Of a DNA stretch of 64,000 nt, positions 51,279 through 60,863 are shown piece after piece. Under the pieces are notes generated by a model. The model did no database searches. It was not told the DNA's origin and saw only the letters and a program-made list of their open reading frames with translations. This DNA comes from Selaginella moellendorffii (taxonomy: Eukaryota; Plantae; Lycopodiophyta), in assembly GCF_000143415.4 (NCBI RefSeq), contig NW_003314301.1, positions 213,170-277,169 on the forward strand, written 5' to 3'. How positions within the stretch are numbered: position 1 is the first letter of the stretch; every line of letters begins with the position of its first letter. The translations under genes and the position numbers were made by a program.

Positions 51279-52574
51279 ATGGCCGCAGCTTTAGCAACTG
51301 TAGCTATGGTAGCGCTTTCGATCGCCGTGGCTGCTCTCTACTCGAGAATTCTCTCGACTTCACGCCTTGCTGATCCACTCCCACTGAATTTTCCTCGTCC
51401 GCCATCAATCCACGATTTTCCAGAGGCCAGGGACGAGATGGAGCGAATGGAACGCATCGGAGAAGGCTTGATTCCAGGAGCCGAGGACTTTGCTGTCGAC
51501 CAAGATGAAAGATACCTCTACGCAGCTTGCAGCGATGGCTGGATTCGTCAGATTGATCTGGTCGATCACAGCGTCAAGAACTGGAGCTACGTCGGAGGAA
51601 GGCCGCTTGGAATTGCTGCTGGTTTGTCCAAGGATGAAATGCTCGTCTGCGAGCCACAGATGGTAAGCAAAACTTTGAAAGAGTCTAAAAGAAACTTTGC
51701 ATACCTTTTGTTGAGAAGGGACTGCTCAGTGTCACCGAGAATGGAGTCCGAGTTCTTTCCGGCCAAGCAGACGGCCTCAGCTACAAGTCCGTTAAGTTGC
51801 TTTCGCTACCACTGATCGATCTTCTTCTGTTTTGTTCTTCAAGGTTGGCCGACGGACTGGATGTTGCTCGAGACGGGACCGTCTACTTCACGGATGCAAG
51901 CACCAGCTATGGCTTGCACGACTTTGATCTCGACTTGCTCGAAGGCCGTCCATATGGTCGACTCTTGGAATACCGTCCTCGCACGAACCAGACCACGGTG
52001 CTGCTGAGAAGCTTGTTCTTCCCCAATGGAGTCGCTCTCTCCGAAAACGAAGACTTCCTCGTCTTCTGTGAGACTTCCCAGTAAGTCTGGTCCTCCGCCT
52101 GTTTATCCTTCATTTCGTCTTCTGTTGTTTTCCCAGAGCAAGATTGCAGCGGTACTGGCTTCGAGGAGATAAAGCTGGAACAGCTGAAGTTTACGTTGAC
52201 AATCTTCCGGGACTTCCTGATAATGTGCACCGTTTTGGAAACCATTTCTGGATAGCTCTTCTTGGAGTAAGTCTTACTGTTTTGAAGATGCGTTAACAAA
52301 GCTTTTACAGGGACGCTCTTTCTTGTGGGAACAAGCCCTGAAATTTCCACTTGTCAAACACATTCTTGGAAGCCAGAGGTTGCTACTACATTACCTGCAC
52401 ACTTCTTATTCCAGAGTATTGACTGTCGACGAAGACGGCAAGCCTTTGGACATGTATGAGTCGCTCCAGAGCGAGTCCATAGGATTCATGACCACAGGAA
52501 TGCGCGTTGGAAACTTTCTCTACCTCGGCAGCCTTTCAGCGAACTACATAGGCAGAATTCCCGTCCAAGAATAA
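51279..52574 (+). CDS. Strictosidine synthase-like (SSL) beta-propeller protein
   Basis: N-terminal anchor; GAED, GGRPLG, ADGLDV..DGTVYFTDAS, FPNGVALS, LPGLPDN, LYLGSL. Confidence 0.93.
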
Positions 52575-52671
52575 GACGTCCTCAAGCTACAACAAAAGAC
52601 ATGGAAAGTATTAAGAACGGAACATGGAAAATTGAAAACTATTCCTTACGTGCTCGGCATTTGTCGGGAGC

Positions 52672-54681
52672 TTATAAACCATCCGTGACTGCCGCACGCA
52701 TAACTGCAGGAGGAATGCCACCCTTCTTGACCAAAGTTTGAGCTAGCTTGTCCGCCTGATCACCCATTCCAGCCTTCCAGAGCCGCCGTATTATCGAGTT
52801 CACAGTCATCAGCTTTATGAGACCTTTGTCGACCATCATGTAGATAACTTGAAAGCCAGGCTCCAGATTCTTCAGCCTTGACAAGATTATGTCCAGTCCT
52901 TTCGGAAAACCATCTCGCTGGTCAGCGAACTGATAGTCTTCAGCCATCTTTCCAGACCTGGTAAAGCCTTCTGTTAGAGTCTTGTAAGTGACTGCAGTTG
53001 GAAGGCATTTGGCGTCCACCATCGCAACAAAAACTGCGCAAGCTTCCTCAATCTTCACGACCTTGCAGAAACCGTCGAGAAGAATGTTGTAAGTGACAAC
53101 ACTTGGTAGGCCTTCGTCTTGCATCTCGTGAAAGAAAGCAAGAGCCTCGCCCATCTTTGCTGCCTTACACAGCCCGCCGAGCAAGGAATTGTAGATGTGA
53201 GTGTTGGCTTTGGATCCCATCTGGCCCATCGAAAGTAGAAACCAGCGTGCTTCGGAAAACCTTCCAGACTTGCAAAGACCGTCGATGATAGCACACGAAG
53301 TGACCACGCTTGGAGCACTCAAGCTCGAGCTCAGTATCCCTTTGAGATGCCTGCGAGCTTTTTCCGGCCTGTGTGTCTTGTAGAGACCATCTACGATCAT
53401 CGTGTATGTCCCTGTGTTTGCTGGAGCACGCCCCTTCCTCAACGTTTCATGAAGAAGCTTGCAAGCTTTGTCAGCTTCCCCGCTGTTACAAAGCTCCTCG
53501 ATCATCAAACAGTAGACTTGAGAACTTGGTTGGCATCCCACTCGATCCATCTCTTCGAGCAGCTCCAAGGCTTGCAAGCTCCGTCCCGACTTACAGAGCC
53601 CATTCACAAGAGTGCCAATCATGACAGGATCCGGAGCGCACTTGTTCCCTTGCGTAACGTTGCTGAAAAGCTCGAGTGCCTGTTCCACCATGTCTAGCTC
53701 GCAAAATCCAGCAACGATACTGTTGTAAGTCGCGGCGTCTGGATTCAGACCCCTGCTCGTCGACATCTCCTCCAAAAGCCTCAATCCATCCTCCACTCTT
53801 TTCGACTTGCAAAGCCCCTGGATAAGAATGCCGTAAGTGACAGCGTTGATCATAGCCTTGTCCTTGCATCCCTCGAAAACCAGCTCTAGAGCTTCGTCTA
53901 CTCTTCCGGCCCTGCACAGCCCATCGATCAGAGCATTCGCAGCGGCAAGCGTTACCATCGTGGAGTTCCTCTTGGTTCTCTCCGCCATCCGTGTGAAGAG
54001 CTTGACAGCCTTGTCAAAGCTCCCGGCCTTGCAAAGCCCCGCCACCAGCGTGTTGCAAGTCACAGCACTGGGCATCCATCCCAGGTCCACGATCATCTCC
54101 TCCGCGAGGTTGAAAGCATCGCTTAGCTTCGCCACCTTGCAAAACCCATCAATCAGTGTATTGTACATGGCAGGGTCGACTCCACTAGTATCAATCACCG
54201 ACCTGAAGTGTTCCAAGGCCTCTTCCATCCTCCCAATCTGGCAAAAGCCCTTGAGAATCTCACCGTGCGTCGTTTCGTTGGGCGCCAGATCGCGAGCTTT
54301 CATCTCCTTGACGAGCCGCAGCGCCTTGCACACCTCCCCGGTCTCGCAGTAGCCCCGGACGAGGAGATTGTAGCTCGCCACGGATGGATAGTGCAGCGGC
54401 AGGAGGAGATCTGTGAATAATCTGTGCGCCTCGCCTGGACGGCCCTCATCTACGACAACGCGCAGCAGGGAATTGCAGGTCTGCGTGTCGTGCTCGAACT
54501 TGGCCTGCGTTGGCGCCCAGCGGAAGAAATCTAGCGCAATGTCGGTCTTGTGCACGCTCGCCATAGCCTCGTGGAAGATCTGCGGCGTGATTGCGAGGGA
54601 GTACCTGTCGAGAACCTCCCTGGCCGTGATTCCGCGCATTTCCGCCCCACGCAGGAGTTCGATCAAGACCTTGGCTGCCAT
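52672..54681 (-). CDS. P-class pentatricopeptide repeat protein, intronless
   Basis: 35-aa repeats YN.LIDGFCK..A...EM...P..VTY; ALDFFRWA leader. Confidence 0.95.
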   Translation of the reverse strand: MAAKVLIELLRGAEMRGITAREVLDRYSLAITPQIFHEAMASVHKTDIALDFFRWAPTQAKFEHDTQTCNSLLRVVVDEGRPGEAHRLFTDLLLPLHYPSVASYNLLVRGYCETGEVCKALRLVKEMKARDLAPNETTHGEILKGFCQIGRMEEALEHFRSVIDTSGVDPAMYNTLIDGFCKVAKLSDAFNLAEEMIVDLGWMPSAVTCNTLVAGLCKAGSFDKAVKLFTRMAERTKRNSTMVTLAAANALIDGLCRAGRVDEALELVFEGCKDKAMINAVTYGILIQGLCKSKRVEDGLRLLEEMSTSRGLNPDAATYNSIVAGFCELDMVEQALELFSNVTQGNKCAPDPVMIGTLVNGLCKSGRSLQALELLEEMDRVGCQPSSQVYCLMIEELCNSGEADKACKLLHETLRKGRAPANTGTYTMIVDGLYKTHRPEKARRHLKGILSSSLSAPSVVTSCAIIDGLCKSGRFSEARWFLLSMGQMGSKANTHIYNSLLGGLCKAAKMGEALAFFHEMQDEGLPSVVTYNILLDGFCKVVKIEEACAVFVAMVDAKCLPTAVTYKTLTEGFTRSGKMAEDYQFADQRDGFPKGLDIILSRLKNLEPGFQVIYMMVDKGLIKLMTVNSIIRRLWKAGMGDQADKLAQTLVKKGGIPPAVMRAAVTDGL

Positions 54682-56292
54682 GAGCCCTAGAAAAACCCCC
54701 GCATTAGGGTTTTAAAGAGCTATAAGAAATTATTAATCAAATTTTAAACTTATTTTATATAATGTTAATAAAAATTTCAGAATGATGAAAAAATATATTA
54801 TGTATTTAGAAAAATTACGATATAGTATGGATGTCCAATAGTTGATAGTTAAAAAAACACAAAATGTATATAATAGTTAATATTAAAAAAATTGTTTAAA
54901 ATAGTTTAGTTGTATTGGGTAAATTTAATTTGGTTTTTTAGCTCTTTCTTAACAAATATTCAATGTATTTGTAAGTAGAACAATAACAAATTTGTGATAA
55001 TATAATACTTACTTGTCAATTACAAAAACCATGCTGTCAATATTTTCATAATTTGTAAGAACATGTTTCATGATGATATTAAAGAATGGAAAATGCAACT
55101 TTTAGTATTTTGTAAAGTCAATATCTTCCACTTAAAGTACTGTACCCTGTCATCACATTATACACCAACTCAAAAATGTTAATAATTATTTACTTTAAAT
55201 AATATATTATATACATCACAAAATACATATACTAAATTAAAATTTAAAGAGCATCCTTAAAAGATTGTACTCTATAGTGCATATATTTTACATTTTGATG
55301 AATATGTATTTTTTAATATTTTTATAACTTTTGAAATACTATTTCCCTTGGACCAAAAAGTAAAGAAAAACATATTTTATTATATAACATTTTTAAAATT
55401 AATATGCTACAAGTTTCAATTTTTTTATACTAATCTTTTAATAAAATACTATATAATGGACTATTTAGTATTTAAAAGATGGTGTTTGTCAAATGTTATT
55501 ATAAATTTTATGTATGAATTTCTTTTAAGAAACTTAGGTTATTATCTAATATTAGTAAAAAAAAGTGAAGAAAGTAAATATCAAACAAAGCTTATTTAAT
55601 TAATTAATATTTTTAAAAAAAAAATTTTAAATTCAATAAACAAGCTATTAGATCAATAAGAATTATTGTGAGTGTCTACATTTACACTAGACCTCTTTTA
55701 TAATTATTTTATATATATAATAAAAAACTTATATGTTTAATATTTAAATTTTAAATTTTAGATTTAAATGTACATATAAATGAATTTAGTTTTAAAAAAT
55801 ATTCAGAAAAAATATTACATAATCGAATAGATTTTTCATGCAACAACAGAAAAAGAAAACTTTTCTTTTTTGTAATGAGTTCTGGAAGTCATGATGGTGA
55901 TTTTGCATGGTGGGAACCTGACTGTTAGGACCATCACAGATGGTGATGCTCCCTTAGGTTTTGGGGGAGTGCTCATTGAAGTAGGCACAACTTCAGATGT
56001 CCGCATTACCATCTGCATCTCTCAAGGAACAATGAGTTGTATGTGTAGATTCTTTTGTTTCCATCAAAGATTATTAAGAGTAGGTTTTATTCATTTCAGA
56101 TGCTGGGCGAGCAGTTGTACCCACTGGTGGATATAGAACATGACCACGCATGGCCATGGAGATGGACAAAACAGAGGTTTTACATCTGATTGAGTGACCC
56201 GAGGCTCTGAAGGCCAAGGCCATGGGAGTGTTGAGGAAGGCCAAACTTTTTCAATGAGGCCTTTGCTAGCTTTAGTTGAAGGATTCTATTGT

Positions 56293-57381
56293 TTAATTCG
56301 TCTGGTGAAGCTTTGCAACTTTGAGAAGATACTCCAACAGGATGGCAGGCTTGCTGAAGAACGGGCTGTGATCGGAATGAACATGAAAAACCTGTTTTGG
56401 TGGATTGTACTCGATCATCAAATCCTGCAGCTTGGGTGAAATCAGCTTGTCTAGTGTTGTCTTCACGAAGTACCTCGGAATGGATCCATACTTCTCCTGT
56501 GAGAGCTCAGCACTGTGGTGCTTGAAAAGCGGGCGAGGTTTCAACAGCAACTTTGCTAGAACTACATCTTTGGATGGAGAAAGGTGGTAGAGCACGTCTT
56601 GTACTAAGTCGAGCTTGAATGCCGCAGCCACAGGGGTCTTTGATCCATTGGAGTAGAAGTACACTTTGCTGTTCTGTACCACCTTGTTGTTAGTAATAAC
56701 CTGTAAGTTGACACCAATTGAACACTTATAAGCATCCACTTTGCTGCTGCTCTTGATGTATCTATAGAACAGCTTTGGCAAAGAAGAAGACAAATGAAAT
56801 CAAGCACAACATCAAAACAATGTACCTGGTTGTAAACAAAAGTCCCGTTAGAGCCCCTTGGAAACATATTTGCAGCCACAAAAATAGCAGCTGCAATTCG
56901 GTGAGGGTACTTTTCCATCACATAGGTAAGACTGTCACCTCCGAGACTGTGACCAACCAAGATGATCTGCAGTAACAGTACTTGTTTTGGGTGAAGACCA
57001 GCAATAAAACAGAAATATCAGGTTTGTAATGTCAGTTACCTTGTGGCCACGCAGCACCGATCGGAGCAGCTGGAGTAGCGGGCCGGAGTATTGCTCCAGG
57101 CTGGTCACAGACCGGGGGTCAACTCCGTTGATCCCCGCGCTGGTCAAGTCAACGGCGCTGACCCTGTGGCCTCGCTTCTGTAGTTGATCGATTACCTTGT
57201 ACCAGCACCAAGCGCCGTGGCCTGCTCCATGAACAAGAACAAAATGGGAACTGGCATTCTGCTGCTGACTCGCTGTTCGGATCCTTGATGCTGTGGAAGT
57301 ACCAATTAGATTGCCGCCATTGCAGAAGAATGATCCGAACAATCCAAAGAGTAGCAGCAGCAACACAGCAACCTGATGCAT
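56293..57381 (-). CDS. Methylesterase (MES/SABP2-like alpha/beta-hydrolase) with signal-peptide-like leader, 3 exons
   Basis: HFVLVHGAGHGAWCW, GHSLGG, LDKLI, SDHSPFFSKP; exons ~57381-57040, 56987-56827, 56700-56293. Confidence 0.92.
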
Positions 57382-58541
57382 CTCCTTAGTGCACTCACCG
57401 AGATTCTCACCAAATTGGAGAAGCAGAACAAGCTGCTGCTTACCCTTGAATCAAAGGGCAATTGCTACACCACACATATATATTAAAAAAGAGATGTTGG
57501 AGCTGTCAACGTGGAAAGCAAGGGAGCAAACTGTAAGGCTTTTTCTATTATGACTTTCCGATTTATGATAAAATATGGCAATTCCAATTTATTAGAAAGA
57601 GTTTCAACCGTTTGTTCCTAGCTTAGTAAACCCCTAACCATGCGCTTGCCATGTTTGGGGACAACATTACTGTTACAATTACTCTTAACCAAGCTTGTGC
57701 TATTAAGCTTCAAGAGACCCTCGTGGTAGTAAGAAGCTCCAAGTCACAACAAGTCACAGTTACCCGATGTCCAGGTCCTTGATGGGCGGCCAGGCCTGAA
57801 TCGAGCTTCACCCTCGAGCAGCGCACTCCATGGATATAGCTGCCAGCGGTGTCATCCATCCGGCATGGCCGCTCCAAGAGCTTTATACCAAATGCGTAGA
57901 AGTTGATCTATAATAACCATGACTTTAATTTATCAAATTGAAAAATAAATAATATAAAAGAAAATAAATTGAAAACTAAACTTGACCATATACCTTTTAG
58001 GAAATTCTAGATTATTCATTACAATCCATACGTTATTCATTTAAATCTCTTATAAATATGAATAAACCAAAAAACCATATTGTATTTAATAGTTTCTATA
58101 TAGTGTACTTTGAAATTATGCTAGATTAAACTGTATACTAGTTTAAGAGAAACAACCAAAAAAACTTTGGTAAATAACGAGTATACTAATTTAAATATAG
58201 CCTATCTCTGGTTTCTAGGAAATCTGTAATTAAGGAACCAGAATCCTGTTCTAAACGTGAAACGTTCAAGTTGGTAGGACAGATAAATTGCATGGACCAG
58301 ATAACTGTATGGAAAACGTGCACCGTATAAAACAACAAGATTCCTCTCCAAGTATGTGGCTACGTGTGTAACGTACAGAATACGGACCACACGGAAATAA
58401 AAAACGTGAAATGTGATCTCTAATAGCTCTGATAGTATAAAAGACCCTTCTCCAGCCTCTGTTTCCTCAACCCACAGAGGAGTAGAAAACATTCTCCAAT
58501 CAAGTTGATCAGATCGATCAAACAGTTTTCACCATTTCGAA

Positions 58542-59585
58542 ATGGCTGCAATCGTGTTGATGATTGCGTTTCTCGTGATGGCTGCAGCATGGAAGATGGT
58601 GTGTATCCGCAAGAGAGAAGAGAGGGCACGATTTCTAGCGTCGCTCCACCCCGTGAGAGACGCACACAAGATCTTGTGGTACATGTACTCGGTGGAATTC
58701 CCCTTCCTCTCGCAAAAGGCGCTCGAGTTTGGCACAATCCGCACGCTCGGCATCCCGGGGATCACAAATCTGCTCTTCAAGACCAAGTACGGCCTCAAGG
58801 ATCCGCAGAAGCGCGCCGCCGATACCAACATTCTGGTGAGCGAGATGATCCACCACCACGTCGACAGTGATCGCGGCTCATACGCGGTGAGGAGATTGAA
58901 TGGAATCCACAACAAATTCAAGATCCCAAACGACCAATTCGCCTACGTCCTCTGTCTCAACGTGGTCAGCCCCATTGATTTCTCCGAGAGATTTGGATTC
59001 CGCAAGTGGACCGACAACGAGAAGGAGGCCGCGTATGTTGTGTGGCACGACGTGGGCGTGAGGATGGGCATCACAACCATCCCAGATAGCATTCCAGAGA
59101 TGCGGGAGTACATTCGCGATTACGAGGCCAAGAACGCCATCTTGACGGACAAGAACAAGAGCATCGTCCAGGATCTCAAGCATCTGGTGCTGGATGCATT
59201 TCCTCGCCCCGTGCAGCCGCTGGTCGAGACTGGGATCTGTGCACTCATCGATCCCACAATCAGGAGCGCTGTTGGATTGGAAAAGCCTCCAGCAATTGTG
59301 GAGTGGATCATCTTGGGTGCGTTCAAGCTGCTGGCCGGGAGCTTCGTGTCCGCGTTCTTGCCTCCCAGGCGTGTGGAGGATGCAAAGGGCAGCATTGAGG
59401 TGGACTGGTGTCCTAATCCCGCTGCCAATCCGGAAGAGTACCGGCAGCTCAACGTGAATGTGTATCGGCCACCGGCATTTGAGAAGGGATACAAGCTGGC
59501 GGAGCTGGGAGCGCTGAAATCAGGCAAGCTTGGACCATACTACGATGGAGGCTTGCGCTGCCCCTTCCGGCAAATGCACGCATAG
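58542..59585 (+). CDS. MpaB/DUF2236 (ER-bound oxygenase / rubber-oxygenase-like) protein, intronless, copy 1
   Basis: N-terminal TM; EFPF..KALEF..RT.GIP.I..LL, KRAADT, AVRRLNGIH, I.ND..YVL, FGFRKW..E, G.RMGI..IP. Confidence 0.85.
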   Translation: MAAIVLMIAFLVMAAAWKMVCIRKREERARFLASLHPVRDAHKILWYMYSVEFPFLSQKALEFGTIRTLGIPGITNLLFKTKYGLKDPQKRAADTNILVSEMIHHHVDSDRGSYAVRRLNGIHNKFKIPNDQFAYVLCLNVVSPIDFSERFGFRKWTDNEKEAAYVVWHDVGVRMGITTIPDSIPEMREYIRDYEAKNAILTDKNKSIVQDLKHLVLDAFPRPVQPLVETGICALIDPTIRSAVGLEKPPAIVEWIILGAFKLLAGSFVSAFLPPRRVEDAKGSIEVDWCPNPAANPEEYRQLNVNVYRPPAFEKGYKLAELGALKSGKLGPYYDGGLRCPFRQMHA

Positions 59586-59849
59586 AAATAGAACGGGCAT
59601 AGGACATTCGTTCGGAGAACAAAGCATCATTTGAAAATGCGTAGTTTACGTGAATCTTTTTGTAATTTTTGCAGAACAATATGGGATCCAAACAATTTAG
59701 AAACACGCTCTGGCTAAAGACAATGATTCTAAGATATTACAGGTTGTAGTTAGAAGTCTAAGTTGACACACTCACTTCACACCTAAGAGAAGGAAAAGCT
59801 TGTCAAGCGGAAGGAACAAAGGTCAAAAGCTACGTTAATCCATGGGGCC

Positions 59850-60254
59850 TCAGCATGGCACATGCCCACCATCAGGTGCGAACTGCCAAACTTTCCTTGG
59901 AGTCCAGTGCCGCACTCGCTGGCCAATCAGGATACCCGAGTACAACTTGAGCTCTCCCACTGAGATGGCTGCAAAGCCGCTTTCAAAGCTCGGCATCCCC
60001 CATGCCTGTTCAAAGCAACAGACTCTAAACACACGAACAAAACTCACCTTGGCACGTTCAAGGCAAAAGACTTTAAACACACGACAAAAACTCACCTTGG
60101 AGCAGTAGTACAACCGGCCAACAGGGGGCAACCCATCCGGAATCGTAAGGTCCTTCAATAACAAGGATGCTCTCCAGGCTGCAAACTTATCCCGAACCTC
60201 CTGCTTGGTGAAGGCCTCTTCCGATATCGGCTCTCTGGGTGAGTCAGGGAACGA
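59850..60254 (-). CDS. 3' part of unknown gene (left-arm copy); 5' end lost in gap
   Basis: Mirror of 60361-60863. Confidence 0.4.
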   Translation of the reverse strand, partial: SFPDSPREPISEEAFTKQEVRDKFAAWRASLLLKDLTIPDGLPPVGRLYYCSKVSFCRVFKVFCLERAKVSFVRVFRVCCFEQAWGMPSFESGFAAISVGELKLYSGILIGQRVRHWTPRKVWQFAPDGGHVPC

Positions 60255-60257
60255 TTT

Positions 60258-60357
60258 NNNNNNNNNNNNNNNNNNNNNNNNNNNNNNNNNNNNNNNNNNN
60301 NNNNNNNNNNNNNNNNNNNNNNNNNNNNNNNNNNNNNNNNNNNNNNNNNNNNNNNNN
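60258..60357. other. Assembly gap (100 N) at the palindrome centre
   Basis: Run of n. Confidence 1.
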
Positions 60358-60360
60358 TTC

Positions 60361-60863
60361 TGTATGCCATGGACATGAGGGAATGGCGATATGCCATTTC
60401 TGAGATCGATGGATATGTGCCGGTCAAGGGAAACCAGCTGGTTGAAGCTTCTCTGCATTCGTTCCCTGACTCACCCAGAGAGCCGATATCGGAAGAGGCC
60501 TTCACCAAGCAGGAGGTTCGGGATAAGTTTGCAGCCTGGAGAGCATCCTTGTTATTGAAGGACCTTACGATTCCGGATGGGTTGCACCCTGTTGGCCGGT
60601 TGTACTACTGCTCCAAGGTGAGTTTTTGTCGTGTGTTTAAAGTCTTGTGCCTTGAACGTGCCAAGGTGAGTTTTGTTCGTGTGTTTAGAGTCTGTTGCTT
60701 TGAACAGGCATGGGGGATGCCGAGCTTTGAAAGCGGCTTTGCAGCCATCTCAGTGGGAGAGCTCAAGTTGTACTCGGGTATCCTGATTGGCCAGCGAGTG
60801 CGGCACTGGACTCCAAGGAAAGTTTGGCAGTTCGCACCTGATGGTGGGCATGTGCCATGCTGA
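60361..60863 (+). CDS. 3' part of unknown, probably lineage-specific gene (right-arm copy)
   Basis: Open frame with coding-like GC; probable GTGAG..AACAG intron ~60618-60707; ends ..DGGHVPC*. Confidence 0.45.

Larger units (their letters stand above)
57320..60254. repeat. Left arm of ~2.9 kb inverted duplication
   Basis: Reverse complement of 60459-63416. Confidence 0.95.

Noticed and set aside
55836-56290. Coding-like island downstream of the methylesterase
   Set aside because: No recognisable motif or supportable gene model; possibly UTR or decayed fragment
57700-57900. GC-rich island in the methylesterase/oxygenase intergenic region
   Set aside because: Could not assign; the mirror copy has indels
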